A stretch of 62,819 nt of DNA, counting the filler, from Craspedostauros australis (taxonomy: Eukaryota): the NCBI GenBank assembly GCA_030167865.1. It is 11 parts of 11 records of this genome, joined end to end, with 100 filler letters (N's around TTAATTAATTAA, not from the genome) between each part and the next. Parts side by side here need not be neighbours in the genome. Positions count along the whole stretch, not along the records: positions 27,380 to 50,307 come from JALAGF010005770.1; positions 50,408 to 53,424 come from JALAGF010005771.1; positions 53,525 to 60,337 come from JALAGF010005772.1; 8 more parts are not named here. One strand, 5' to 3'. The stretch's first letter is position 1, and each line of letters opens with the position of its first letter. Of this stretch, positions 45,601-56,500 are shown one piece after another. A program made the position numbers and the translations under genes. The notes beneath the pieces are model-generated. The model saw only the letters and a list, made by a program, of their open reading frames with translations, made no database searches and was not told where the DNA came from.

Positions 45601-48450
45601 GGTCCTCCTCGCGTTCACCACTAAGTCCGTATCGTCGACAAACGCATAACCCACCATCTTCACTTTCTCCCCGCTTATCGCCGACCTGAACTCTGCTGTG
45701 TGGTTCTCCTCCTTCATCACTTCGAGCATTGGTGACGATATCACCGCCCAAATCACCGGCCCTGCTCCATTGCCTTGGTAGATCCCTTGCATTGGTGCTA
45801 TGCCTGGCTGATTCCGCAGTGTGTCCCTGGAGTCTCCGTACGTCGTTCGTATGTGGTGTTCCAAGCTCTGTAGTGTTCGGAACATGCTCACCACCTCCGT
45901 GACTGCTACTCCTTGTCGCTGCAGGCATATCGATGCTATCGAATGCACAATCCTGTCGTAACAACTCTTCAAGTCGTTGGAGCAAAGGACCCCTGGTACT
46001 CGAGTCTGTCGGAGCCAATCAAATGTCAATTGCTTGTTAAGCGCATGGTCGATGGCCCGGTGTCCTTTGCGGCTCCCGTACTGTTCTTCCGCGAATCCTT
46101 CTTGCGCTTCCGCTTGTTGTGCCGCCTTCCTGCCCACCGCTTTATTCGCAAAATTGAAATCTGCTTCGAACAGGACGATCGTGCGGAGTTTATCGACGCG
46201 GTAGCTGTTTGCTTTCTTCATCAACTCCACGTCGACCCCGTACTTCCACCGTTCATACGAGTATCCCGACTTCATAGCTATCGACGTCATGCTCGCTTCG
46301 AACTCTGAATTCGCTTGGTGCATTGCTGTTGCTTTGAAGTGGCCGAAGTGGAGCCCGGATGGACCGGCCGAGGTATCTTCCTTGCATTTTCGCCACCCCG
46401 ATTGGTACTCATCGGTTGTCATTCCTGCCTGTATCGTTTTATGGCTCTTCGACTTCAGCCCTCCGATGAGCCTCCGAGCACCTTCCTCGATCCATGCCGG
46501 CACGTGATATCTGCCTTGTAGCGTTTGTTTGGCAGCCTCTGACACTCCCAGGTACCCATATTCCTGTGCTAGAAACCCCTGCATGAACGGTGTCCGCTCT
46601 GTCTGTCGGAATCTTCTTCGGTTCTCCTCCATACAGCCTCTCTCAATGTCTTCTCTTCTTGTGCACTCCTTCCATTCCCCGTTACGATCTGGCGCTATCA
46701 CCATCGATATACCTCCCGCTCCGTTGGCCCCTGTTGTTCTTCGTATCCTCGCATACATCTGCTTGACTTGTTCCCTTCGTCGCATCTGTAAGAGCTGACT
46801 CGACATCCTCTTCCCCATCCCTGTCTGTCTTCGTTGTCTTCGCCCTGGCTTACCGTTCCCTTGCTGCTTGTTTTCCGCTTCGGCTTTGGCGGCTTCTTCT
46901 CTTGCTCTTGCTGCTGCCACCCTTTCTATCCAGTTCGCTCTCGCGTCCGTTGCTTTGCGTCGAAACCTTTTCAACGCTTGGAATGCCTCCTCCTGTTCTT
47001 TGGCTACCTCTTTGTGCCTCATCCGGCTAATCTCTGATACCTTCCTTGCTTCGCCTGCTCTTTTTGCTAGCCGTTGTACGAGCCTTGATGACACTTTCCT
47101 CCCAGCTGCCCGCCTCGCCACATTGTTCCAGAGCCCTATCCGTGCTTCGATGGCTTTGTACTCCCTTGAATACGGGATACCTCCCATGCGCAGCTTCCGG
47201 CATTGCTTGTCCGCCTTCCATATGCCTTCCACTCGTATTGCGTCCAACCTTTCGGCCTCTCGCTCCATCTGAGCATTCCACTCGCTTTCTGCCTTCCGTT
47301 CCAACCGTATCGCTCGATTCCTTGCATTGTGTTGTCGTAGGTGCTGCTCGTAGCTATCGTTGAATTTTTTCACAATTCGGGGGTCTTCAGTTTTCACTCT
47401 TCTTGCGACTGATCGGCGCAGAGGTGGCATACGCTGGCCCAGGACCTCTTGCATGTTGACTTCGAGCCATATGCATCTGTGATCCGCACTGCGCTCCTGT
47501 ATCCCTTCATCCCATCTTGTCATCCCGGCCCTTGCCACTGTGATTGATTCGGTTGTAAATATGGCGTCGATTGGCGTCTTTCCCCATCGTTGTGTGGCGG
47601 TTCGTGCCGCGGCGCTGTTTCTCGTCCTCATTGCGTTCACCAACCCTGCTTCGCTTGCGAATGCTTGCATTGCTCTTGTGCCTGTGTCTTCGTTGCAATC
47701 CATCATAAGTATCACATGCTCGCCTTCTCTTTTCCAGCTCGCTACTGCTTTGCCTAGGTCAGCCAGCATTCGCGCTCTTGGTTCTACGTCCTCACACTTT
47801 TCGTTGTAATACCGACGGTGCTGTGCGTACGTATTGAGTACTCCGCGCGTGCGAGGTCGACACGGTCGATAGGCTGTCACAACCCGCAATCTTTGGTGAT
47901 TGGCCCCGCGATAGAGCTGCCATGCCCACCTCCCGAGTTTGGTTGGGTCTACTCCATCTTTTACCATCCTCACTGCTGCTTGGTGCCTGCTAATCATTGC
48001 AGTGCCTCCCCATTGCTTCCTGTTGTTTATGTCTTCGTTGCTGTTGTTGCTCGTCGTTGTTTGCGTGGTACCCGTCGGCCACCACTCTTTCACTCTATTT
48101 TTGAGTGTTGCTTCCTCCTCTACTCCTCTCCAATCGACGTTGACTTCTGTTATTCCGAACACGTCGAATTCTCCCTCGTTCATCCATTGTTTGAGGCTCT
48201 CATCCACATTTCCTGGATGCCTCTTCAGTCCTCCGAAATTCTGCATTCCAATCCTCATTCGTCCCTCCTGTTTCCGTAGCAATACGTCGCCTACGTTTGC
48301 TTCTCGTCCTCCTCTTCCGTCTTCTGCCTGGTGCGGTAAACCTGGTGTGAAGGCGGGCGCATTCGGGCTCAGGCCTGTTGGTCGTGCTGCTTCCGACTCC
48401 TGGCCCTGCCCTTCCCCTTTAACCGTCTCCGGATGCCGCCGTAGCGCCAT
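42613..48450 (-). CDS. LINE ORF2: AP endonuclease, reverse transcriptase, RNase H, C-terminal zinc finger (1945 aa, open)
   Basis: APE: MQNFGG, FGITEVNVDW, TAYRP, MMDCN, PIDAIF, ADHR. RT: LRTIVLFEADFN, NDLKSCYD, QGNGAGP, FVDD. RNase H: TDGS, AYRAELGG, CDN, HVYGHQ, NDDVDRLA. Zinc finger: CPIC..EHILQC. Confidence 0.95.
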   Translation of the reverse strand: MALRRHPETVKGEGQGQESEAARPTGLSPNAPAFTPGLPHQAEDGRGGREANVGDVLLRKQEGRMRIGMQNFGGLKRHPGNVDESLKQWMNEGEFDVFGITEVNVDWRGVEEEATLKNRVKEWWPTGTTQTTTSNNSNEDINNRKQWGGTAMISRHQAAVRMVKDGVDPTKLGRWAWQLYRGANHQRLRVVTAYRPCRPRTRGVLNTYAQHRRYYNEKCEDVEPRARMLADLGKAVASWKREGEHVILMMDCNEDTGTRAMQAFASEAGLVNAMRTRNSAAARTATQRWGKTPIDAIFTTESITVARAGMTRWDEGIQERSADHRCIWLEVNMQEVLGQRMPPLRRSVARRVKTEDPRIVKKFNDSYEQHLRQHNARNRAIRLERKAESEWNAQMEREAERLDAIRVEGIWKADKQCRKLRMGGIPYSREYKAIEARIGLWNNVARRAAGRKVSSRLVQRLAKRAGEARKVSEISRMRHKEVAKEQEEAFQALKRFRRKATDARANWIERVAAARAREEAAKAEAENKQQGNGKPGRRQRRQTGMGKRMSSQLLQMRRREQVKQMYARIRRTTGANGAGGISMVIAPDRNGEWKECTRREDIERGCMEENRRRFRQTERTPFMQGFLAQEYGYLGVSEAAKQTLQGRYHVPAWIEEGARRLIGGLKSKSHKTIQAGMTTDEYQSGWRKCKEDTSAGPSGLHFGHFKATAMHQANSEFEASMTSIAMKSGYSYERWKYGVDVELMKKANSYRVDKLRTIVLFEADFNFANKAVGRKAAQQAEAQEGFAEEQYGSRKGHRAIDHALNKQLTFDWLRQTRVPGVLCSNDLKSCYDRIVHSIASICLQRQGVAVTEVVSMFRTLQSLEHHIRTTYGDSRDTLRNQPGIAPMQGIYQGNGAGPVIWAVISSPMLEVMKEENHTAEFRSAISGEKVKMVGYAFVDDTDLVVNARRTEGIKEAVKRMQSSVDMWEALVRATGGALVVEKSMWWPIDFKWREDGTWRYANEEETPYEIWMAGSNRDRQKMPKSARHQAFETLGVRLAPDGNGAAIVEAIQDKAKNWAEKVRTKRVRKQDADAAIRSILLKKLEYVLPVAQLSEAEARQTMKPVWAATMSKLGYNKGFPRAMIHAPSALLGANVHELHTTQVVEHVCMVLEHGERSTVTGKLIRGTIEAMKTEIGIGDALFNTSYKAWSFLATDCWIKTVWREVQEYGIDLRERTPTTIRAWEKEEWLMPALRGAGYTRAQLERLNRCRVKMQVMTTGDVACAEAELPPETARGRWRGRASIAWPRQGPIPDQDWRLWGRAIRRVRGQLSTDGRMVAPPEALWEVSASAVWTRESGGRWQKWAARAGDDPGLQGFRRQGQPTELAATQGRQVWLRQQDEQVYVVGVGRWWRQPSGAVRSEFGEAAEKWVQAAREGRAVISTDGSFKDGRSTAAFSLNVRGQRDGCLQMAGPVQGRQAIQSAYRAELGGIYQALVVADRMLRESGTESGASAATVVVACDNRMAGIHAVEYDRDVHXGVQHFDLLRAIRQVTRTIPAKLEYRHVYGHQLERDRGVARDEFTYWNDDVDRLAGVEQKSHKSSTDGEWRDDEWSVWLRSCKVCRGVKAELRRHVQSAKAWAWQRKTKKMSAEVIERIDVESVQAAMGRLGSARKRWVVKHAAGFGPVGRNMAKWGFWASSECPICRDEEETTEHILQCRHPAAMAVREAALSKWKDDMLQAGGDVGMVSEMVRQIRSWCNKEEPEPRAQRVVQDAVNDQQAIGWGMMTRGRWSKRWRQVQSARMEIEERPMKPSNWMGAAVAGLWDVRWKAWEARNRVLHDREGRKREAAAMVAVCRMVNQQWEMGDAGIMAADRGLLANVTRNELARWPVDDQRRWVRHVQAARSAARAASERRSAVESEARGESQGLANDARRQRRGRSRSKRRFAAASGDGRARKRRRGGRIGT

Positions 48451-50275
48451 CCGTTACATTTGGTGTGCGACCTGGAAGTGGGCTGTCAACCTTTCCTTCG
48501 CTGGTTCTCTCGCGCTGGGCGTCCTTTGGCGTTATGCCTCGCCCTTCCGTGCTCTCCCCCTCTTTTTCTTTGAGCTTCCGATTTTCCTCTGCCGTTGCCT
48601 CCAACCGTGCTTGCATTGCTTCCATCTGTGCTTTCATCTCTACTACTAGTGCTCTCGTCGTCCCTGATGTCTTCTTTGTGCTTCCCGATAGCGTTGACAT
48701 AGTTGATTTCTGTGTTCTGTTCTCCATCAACTCCGCCAGTTGTTCCTCCAAGTGTGCGATCTTCTGTCTCTGCGTGCCTGTTGTCCGTTTGCTATTGTTT
48801 GTGAGTGTGGACGTGGTGGATCCTTCGCCTTGAAGTTCTTTGTCTCTTGCTGCCTGCCTGTTGGCTTCGCCTCTCGCGCTGATGGTTTTCCATGCTTGGT
48901 GGTTTCGCAGCGACGGGATGGTCTCGTTGTCCCCGTAGTCCTTTTCTGGTCTCACGTCGCAGTCTCTGCTTTCTTGTGCTACTCCCTCCTCCATGTCGAC
49001 CTCCACCTTTCGTGCGAAGTGCATGTCTTCGTCGGCAGCCATCACAGCTTCCACTGCTTCATCTCGCTCTGAAATCACCCGCTTGGTTGCTTCGTCCCAC
49101 TTCATCGTCTTTGCTTCGCCTCGCGCAAGTGTTGTGAATAGTGACCTCACTGTCTCGCCGTATTTCGCCTCTAGTGTCACCAGCAGCCCTTTCACCGTCA
49201 TGCGTGCTTCCATCTCTTTGTGTGGATGAAATTGAAACACGTACCCTGCCCCTCTCCACTGCTTGCTCACTGATGCGAACAGTGGGGTGTTCACGTTCCC
49301 CGTGGTGGATTTGAGCTTCATGATCATCTGGCGTAGTGTGTTGCCTGTTCCGTCTGGCACCGTGTCCAGAGTCTCTTGGATGATGTCGTGTGATGTGATA
49401 GATTTTGCCTCTTCGCACCAGCCGGCGTGGCGCTCTCTTAGCGCAAACCACCCTTGCCGCATGTCTGTGTTCACAATGCCTGAGAGTGGTGTTACCAACC
49501 TCATCCTGATTCCCAGTGGAAATTTCGTCGATTTCGCACCATAGTACGTCTCCATCACTTTCATCACCACTTCCTTGTCGGCTGTAGCGGTCTCAATGTG
49601 TAGTGCCCTCGGGTCTCTCTCCATTTTCCGGTTGGGGTCGTACTTTGCCCCGTCAGAGATGCGTTTCCAGTTCGCTGCCACCTGTCGTTGTGTTAGTCGA
49701 GTGAGCTCCGCCTCCAGCTCGTCTTCGCTGAGCTGTCTGGTTGAGTACATCATCCATCCGATGGTGGTGGTTGATGCGGCTTGAATCTTTGCCACGGTGA
49801 ACCTTCCGCTGTCTCTTGAGAAGAAGTCTCTTAGCTCCTCTGTGATCCTTGTGATTGGGTTCTCGCATTCGATCCTCACCTTCAGGAACATCTTCTCTCG
49901 CTCTTTCCCGTAGATGGCTCTCACCCCTTTGAAATATTCTTTCAGAGTGGTCAGGTCCTTAGGAAAATCGTCGAGTGAGTGGACGTTGGTTTGGGCCACT
50001 GTTAGGTTCCATGGTTTCAATCTTGCTGTTGCGTCCACGTGCTGGATGTTAACAAGGAAATCTCTGCATGACCCGATGGCCGCGTCGATGGCGACTTTGG
50101 CGTCCTTCGCGTCACCTCCTCCGTTCACCATGATGTGCACGTCGCAGTATTTGATGTCGTTGGTCTTGGTAGCCGTTTGTTGTTGGTTGGCGTCTCTGTT
50201 CCTGTTAACCTCGTTCCATTCGTTGGTGAAAGTGTTACTTCCTGCCTGCGTTTGTTCATCTGCGTTGATGGACAT
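48419..50275 (-). CDS. LINE ORF1 protein (618 aa, no recognised domain, coiled-coil-like C-terminus)
   Basis: Long open frame directly upstream of ORF2, overlapping it by 32 nt, with the same purine-rich composition. Confidence 0.82.
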   Translation of the reverse strand: MSINADEQTQAGSNTFTNEWNEVNRNRDANQQQTATKTNDIKYCDVHIMVNGGGDAKDAKVAIDAAIGSCRDFLVNIQHVDATARLKPWNLTVAQTNVHSLDDFPKDLTTLKEYFKGVRAIYGKEREKMFLKVRIECENPITRITEELRDFFSRDSGRFTVAKIQAASTTTIGWMMYSTRQLSEDELEAELTRLTQRQVAANWKRISDGAKYDPNRKMERDPRALHIETATADKEVVMKVMETYYGAKSTKFPLGIRMRLVTPLSGIVNTDMRQGWFALRERHAGWCEEAKSITSHDIIQETLDTVPDGTGNTLRQMIMKLKSTTGNVNTPLFASVSKQWRGAGYVFQFHPHKEMEARMTVKGLLVTLEAKYGETVRSLFTTLARGEAKTMKWDEATKRVISERDEAVEAVMAADEDMHFARKVEVDMEEGVAQESRDCDVRPEKDYGDNETIPSLRNHQAWKTISARGEANRQAARDKELQGEGSTTSTLTNNSKRTTGTQRQKIAHLEEQLAELMENRTQKSTMSTLSGSTKKTSGTTRALVVEMKAQMEAMQARLEATAEENRKLKEKEGESTEGRGITPKDAQRERTSEGKVDSPLPGRTPNVTDGATAASGDG

Positions 50276-50407
50276 ATGATCCTGGTCGCTATAGATGAAC
50301 TCGTTGTNNNNNNNNNNNNNNNNNNNNNNNNNNNNNNNNNNNNNNNNNNNNTTAATTAATTAANNNNNNNNNNNNNNNNNNNNNNNNNNNNNNNNNNNNN
50401 NNNNNNN

Positions 50408-50530
50408 GTGTAGTAGTGTAGTAGTGTAGTAGCGTAGTAGTGTAGTAGCATCGTGGTGGAGTACCGTAGTATAATAATATACTATAGTATTATATAGTAT
50501 AATACTATAGTATAGTAGCATAGTGTTATC
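50408..50530. repeat. Low-complexity (GTA/TAG/TAT)n tract
   Basis: gtgtagtagtgtagtagtgtagtagcgtagtag..tatagtat; partly repeated at 51184-51225. Confidence 0.8.
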
Positions 50531-51645
50531 AGTACAATAGCGATGGTGTTGTGGTGAGCAGTCGCGAAAACGCTCTGTGATGGCTATGCGCGTCATGCTT
50601 TTTTGTTTGTGCGAAGTACTCCGAATCGAATCGTCATCGAAGTTTTGTGATCACCGTGTGTATCCTCATCCTCGTCGATTCTGGGATCGACCATGGCCGA
50701 TCTGTGCGAACGGCTGAGATGACGGAAGCAAAAAGGCATGACCAATTCGCAACAAAAGTTTCTCCGATCGCCGCGAACATCCTCGCTCTCCTTGATTCTG
50801 ATCACACCCCGATCGTTTCTGTTTTGGACCGAAAGTCGACGCACGATTCGAATCACTGCGTACCAGCACCAACACACACTGTGAAGCACACCAAAACGCC
50901 ACGAGAGATGCACCAGAAGTCGCTGGATCACAATTGCTATTCTTCACGTCTACTTGTTGGCTTTGGCGGCGGCTTTGGCGGCGGCTTCGGAGGCCTTCTT
51001 TTTGGCTCTGTTCCTTTTGCCGATTGCGATGTTGAGTTGGCCAGTGGCCATCTTGCCAAACTCTCTGTGTATGTTCGCTAATGCTGCTGGCCCTTCAACG
51101 CCGAGCTCAGCGAGACGCTCGAACTCCTCCCAANNNNNNNNNNNNNNNNNNNNNNNNNNNNNNNNNNNNNNNNNNNNNNNNNNTATTATATAGTATAATA
51201 CTATAGTATAGTAGCATAGTGTTATCAGTACAATAGCGATGGTGTTGTGGTGAGCAGTCGCGAAAACGCTCTGTGATGGCTATGCGCGTCATGCTTTTTT
51301 GTTTGTGCGAAGTACTCCGAATCGAATCGTCATCGAAGTTTTGTGATCACCGTGTGTATCCTCATCCTCGTCGATTCTGGGATCGACCATGGCCGATCTG
51401 TGCGAACGGCTGAGATGACGGAAGCAAAAAGGCATGACCAATTCGCAACAAAAGTTTCTCCGATCGCCGCGAACATCCTCGCTCTCCTTGATTCTGATCA
51501 CACCCCGATCGTTTCTGTTTTGGACCGAAAGTCGACGCACGATTCGAATCACTGCGTACCAGCACCAACACACACAGTGAAGCACACCAAAACGCCACGA
51601 GAGATGCACCAGAAGTCACTGTATCACAATTGCTATTCTTCACGT

Positions 51646-53423
51646 CTACTTGTTGGCTTCGGCGGCAGCTTTGGCAGCGGCTCTGGAGGCTTTCTTTTTG
51701 GCTCTGTTCCTTTGGCCGATTGCGGTGTTGAGTTGGCCAGTGGCGATCTTGCCAAACTCTCTGTGTATGTTCGCTAATGCTGCTGGCCCTTCAACGCCGA
51801 GCTCAGCGAGACGCTCGAACTCCTCCCAAATGAACTTGCGACGGTTCCAAATGAACTTGTTGTTGCCGTTCTTCAAGTCCGTTTCTTTGTTCATCTCTTT
51901 TGCTGCCATCAACCCATACAATCCCTCATGATACTCTCTCCAGAGCAGCTCCAACGTACCTAGTTGCGGGGTGAGGACTGCTCTCCCAGGATCGGGTTTG
52001 TTCGTCCGCTGTGAGATCGCGGCTGCTCTTGCTCTCGCTTGCTTCATGATTCGCTTCCGCTCTGCCGCCACAGCCGCGGCTTGCTCCAATCTCTGCTCTT
52101 CCAGCCTTGCTTCGGCCTCTGCCTGTGCTGCAGGAGACAGTTCTGGCTCGACCTCCATAGGTGCAAATGTTACAGTTGGTGTAGGTGCATCGATCGGCGT
52201 TGGCAGAGATGACTCAGGTTCTTCGGTTGGTGCTGTCTCGGTCAGTGTTGGTGGCACAGGCACATCAATTGGTACTGTCTCGGTTGGTGTTGGTGTGGAT
52301 GGCACAGGCACATCAATTGGCACAGATGCTGCTGGTGCCAGATCGATGGTGGGCGGTTGATGATGGCTGCTGTTCTTCGTGAGAAGATCGAGGAGGACGT
52401 CGAGCTTGTTCTCCATCCTGTCTAGCTTCGTCTCCATCAGGTCCAGCTTCATCTCCATCTTGTTGCTCTTGAGCTGGTTGCATGCAACAGTGGTCCTCAC
52501 CGTCTCTATACCCGACTTGATGCCATCGAGCGCCAGCTGCTGGGTCTCCAACATGGTTACAGTGACCCTTCCCACCCCTTCGGCATGTTGGTAGGCCTCA
52601 AATGGATTACCACCTGTGCCAGCAGCTCGATTGATGATAGGACGTGGGCCCTCAGCGATCTTGAGCATGCCGCGTACGTTGCCGACGTAGAGGCAGACTC
52701 GCTCCACTGGGTTNNNNNNNNNNNNNNNNNNNNNNNNNNNNNNNNNNNNNNNNNNNNNNNNNNTGCAGGAGACAGTTCTGGCTCGACCTCCATAGGTGCA
52801 AATGTTACAGTTGGTGTAGGTGCATCGATCAGCGTTGGCAGAGATGGCTCAGTTTCTTCGGTTGGTGCTGTCTCGGTCGGTGTTGGTGGCACAGACACAT
52901 CAATTGGTACTGTCTCGGTTGGTGGTGTGGATGGCACAGGCACATCAATTGGCACAGATGCTGCTGGTGCCAGATCGATGGTGGGCGGTTGATGATGGCT
53001 GCTGTTCTTCGTGAGAAGATCGAGGAGGACGTCGAGCTTGTTCTCCATCCTGTCTAGCTTCGTCTCCATCAGGTCCAGCTTCATCTCCATCTTGTTGCTC
53101 TTGAGCTGGTTGCATGCAACAGTGGTCCTCACCGTCTCTATACCCGACTTGATGCCATCGAGCGCCAGCTGCTGGGTCTCCAACATGGTTACAGTGACCC
53201 TTCCCACCCCTTCGGCATGTTGGTAGGCCTCAAATGGATTACCACCTGTGCCAGCAGCTCGATTGATGATAGGACGTGGGCCCTCAGCGATCTTGAGCAT
53301 GCCGCGTACGTTGCCGACGTAGAGGCAGACTCGCTCCACTGGGTTAGCATCTGGGTCCAAGTTAGATTTCTGTGCCAGCTCGCGGTAGGCCTTACGCACA
53401 CTGTCAGAGAGCCATGCAGGCAT
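51646..53423 (-). mobile_element. CryptonS-like element, C-terminal coding part with GCR1_C-like domain (recombinase domain not visible); overlapping duplicate contigs
   Basis: VRKAYREL..NPVERVCLYV and TLELLWREYHEGLYG..AAKE..NRRKFIWEEFERL..G..AALANI match my recollection of stramenopile Crypton C-termini. The C-terminal end is repeated at 50950-51133. Confidence 0.6.
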
Positions 53424-53524
53424 CNNNNNNNNNNNNNNNNNNNNNNNNNNNNNNNNNNNNNNNNNNNNTTAATTAATTAANNNNNNNNNNNNNNNNNNNN
53501 NNNNNNNNNNNNNNNNNNNNNNNN

Positions 53525-56500
53525 CAGCAACTCCGCCAACTCCTTGGACGAGCAAGACGCCCTCGCAGCCAAGATCCGCGAAGTCAACTGCAGACGTTTT
53601 CCAAACGAAAACGTTGGTCTCATGGCAGTCCACCTTCGTGCTCTTTGCAAGCGCCTCGACGACGCCGGTCGCTTCGACCTCCGTCTCCTCCGAACGATCC
53701 TCGATGCCTTCCTNNNNNNNGGAGGACAGATCCGGTCTGGTGAACAGTACCGACGTCCTCTCTATGTGATGAAGGATGACCTTGAGGAAATCCTCATGCG
53801 TCTCCCTGTCTTCACGTACGAGCACGCTCGCCCCCAGCTTGCCGCAAAAGACCTCACATGGATGGCTATCTGTAACAAGGCCGAGTCGTCGTACGAAAAC
53901 GAAGTGCGCGGAAATCGCTGGCACGCCATCAGGCGTACCAAAGATAGCAACGTGCCCAGGTACTCGTACGCCAACAACGTCGTCCAAAATCCAAGCGCCA
54001 ACGTCCTCGAGCAACACAAGGGTTTCTCCAAGAACGACGGGAAGAGAAACAACTTCAAGAAGCCCAAGGAACGCGACGCCAAACGCAACGCCGGCCAGGG
54101 GTGGTCGTCCAAAGCTCCCAAGCCCGGTGAACCACAGCGCAAGCTGGTCAACGACAAAACGTTCATGTGGTGCGCCAAGTGCCGTCGCTGGCGTCTCTCA
54201 CACAACACCGAGAGTCATCAGGACAACTTCAAGTTCAAGGCGAAGGCAAAAGGCAAGAACGTTCCCAAACAGGACAACCTTTCCATCGACATGGCTGCCT
54301 GGACGTGCTTCACAGCCACCTCCAGCCAAGACGAAGACACCTGGTGGTCCCTCATCTGGAACCTCTTCACCTCCTTCAACTACTTCGGTAGCATCGTTGG
54401 AATGGTTCTCCTCTTCGCTTCACTCCAAGTCATCACCATCGGAGTAGAGTATGGGTGGTACATCGCGGCAGCCAATGCCTGGATGCTAATCGCCGTAACT
54501 TTACTCCTCCTCCACACGAACGTTCCACGAAGACCCGACTTAATCAACTCTACTGATTTAGCCTATACCAAGGCACGAGTCAAGGAACGGTTCAAGCAAG
54601 TGCACAAACGTCCCACACACTGCAATGGAGCTGTGAAACGCAGTCTCTACGACCTCGTGATGGAAAGCCTTGACCCAGATGGACCCAAACCCGTGAACGT
54701 GTCGAAGGTGAACTCCCCACGGACAAAACGTGTGTGGCGTCCCCAGGCTCGGACCAAAACTCGCAATCACAGATCAAAACGTCGTTACTGGAACCAGTCG
54801 AAAACTTCCACTTATGGTAAAAACCAACCATTCACGACTGCAAAATTGCCCCGCCAGGAAGGTCGCACCTCATCCATCTCACGAAACCTCTGGAGCTTGT
54901 ACCCAACTCGCGGAATCGACTTGATGTATGATCGAAATCAAAAACAACAATGTGACAATGACATGCCCGCACTACTCACTCTGCAAGGTCTAGCATCTTA
55001 TTTCACCAATCGCAACGCTTTCGCATCCCCAGCTAAAGCTGAGAGTTATCTCTCGCCCGACGCTCCATTCGAACTTGTATGGGACAGCGGAGCGTCAATC
55101 TCTGTGACAAATGACCTCAACGATTTCTGTTCTACTCCAAGTCCTCCACCAANNNNNNNNNNNNNNNNNNNNNNNNNNNNNNNNNNNNNNNNNNNNNNNN
55201 NNNNNNNNNNNNNNNNNNNNNNNNNNNNNNNNNNNNNNNNNNNNNNNNNNNNNNNNNNNNNNNNNNNNNNNNNNNNNNNNNNNNNNNNNNNNNNNNNNNN
55301 NNNNNNNNNNNNNNNNNNNNNNNNNNNNNNNNNNNNNNNNNNNTTCGACAAGTCCTCCTGCAAACTCAGCGGAATCCTGGGAAGCGACGATCGTAATGCA
55401 ATCGTAGCGAACTACAAGAAATCCACAAGGCTGCCAACATCCGTCGGCTACAGCGCCGGCAACATCCATGATGTACCAGCTGCACTAACGTCCATCGTCT
55501 CTACCGTGTCGGACCACAACGTGAACCTCACCCAACCGCAAAANNNNNNNNNNNNNNNNNNNNNNNNNNNNNNNNNNNNNNNNNNNNNNNNNNGATTCCT
55601 CAAGAAAATCCAAGTGAATGCGTTGGGAACCGTCGAATGGTATGTCCTTGATGTAACTGGAAGCCCTCGCAAATTGCAACTGCCTGCTTTCCATGTTCCC
55701 GAATCAAAGGTCAAGCTAATCAGTACATCCAGTCTCCTTGAAGAGTATCAGGGCGAAACGATCGTATTCGACAAGTCCTCCTGTAAACTCAGCGGAATCC
55801 TGGGAAACGACGATCGCAATGCAATCGTAGCGAACTACAAGAAGTCCACAAGGCTGCCAACATCCGTCGGCTACAGCGCCGACAACATCCATGATGTGCC
55901 AGCTGCACTAACGTCCATCGTCTCTACCGTGTCCGACCACAACGTGAACCTCACCCAACCACAAAAGGAACTTCTTCGGTGGCACTATCGTCTCGGACAC
56001 TTATCCTTCAGTCGAGTGAAGTTCCTGCTGCGTTCGGGTGCACTCACTGGGTCAGAATCGTCTAGAAAGATGCACACAGCTGCGGCAAAAGTCACGAGCC
56101 TCCCGCTCTGCGCCGCATGTCAATTCGGAAAACTGCATCGTCGACCTTCACCAGGAATAACCCAACATGTCATTCGCGACAAACAAGGAGTTCTGCGCAC
56201 CGATCACTTGTTCCCAGGACAACAGGTATCAGTGGACCATTTCGTCGGTCGAACGCCAGGACGCCTCTTCTCAGGACGAGGCAAAAGCGACCCAAATGAA
56301 ATGTACAAAGGCGGAGCCATCTTCGTCGACCACGCATCAGGATACATCCATGTGGAACCTGTGGCAGCGCTGACTACGCACGCCACCCTCGAAGCAAAGG
56401 AACGGTTCGAACTGATGTGTCGTGATGTGGGGGTCCCCGTACGATCATATCTATCGGATAACGCTACCACCTTCACCTCGCCCGAATACTCCAAACACCT

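Larger units (their letters stand above)
42393..50307 (-). mobile_element. Near-complete non-LTR retrotransposon, Ambal-like
   Basis: ORF1 + ORF2 (APE-RT-RNase H-CCHC), ~200-nt 3' UTR and (TTA)7 tail at 42414-42394. The 5' end runs into a spacer, so no TSD can be seen. Confidence 0.92.

Noticed and set aside
50408..53424. Tandem Crypton array
   Set aside because: Pieces overlap in sliding fashion across 50-N gaps with few differences, as expected for allelic contigs; long reads would be needed to claim a tandem.
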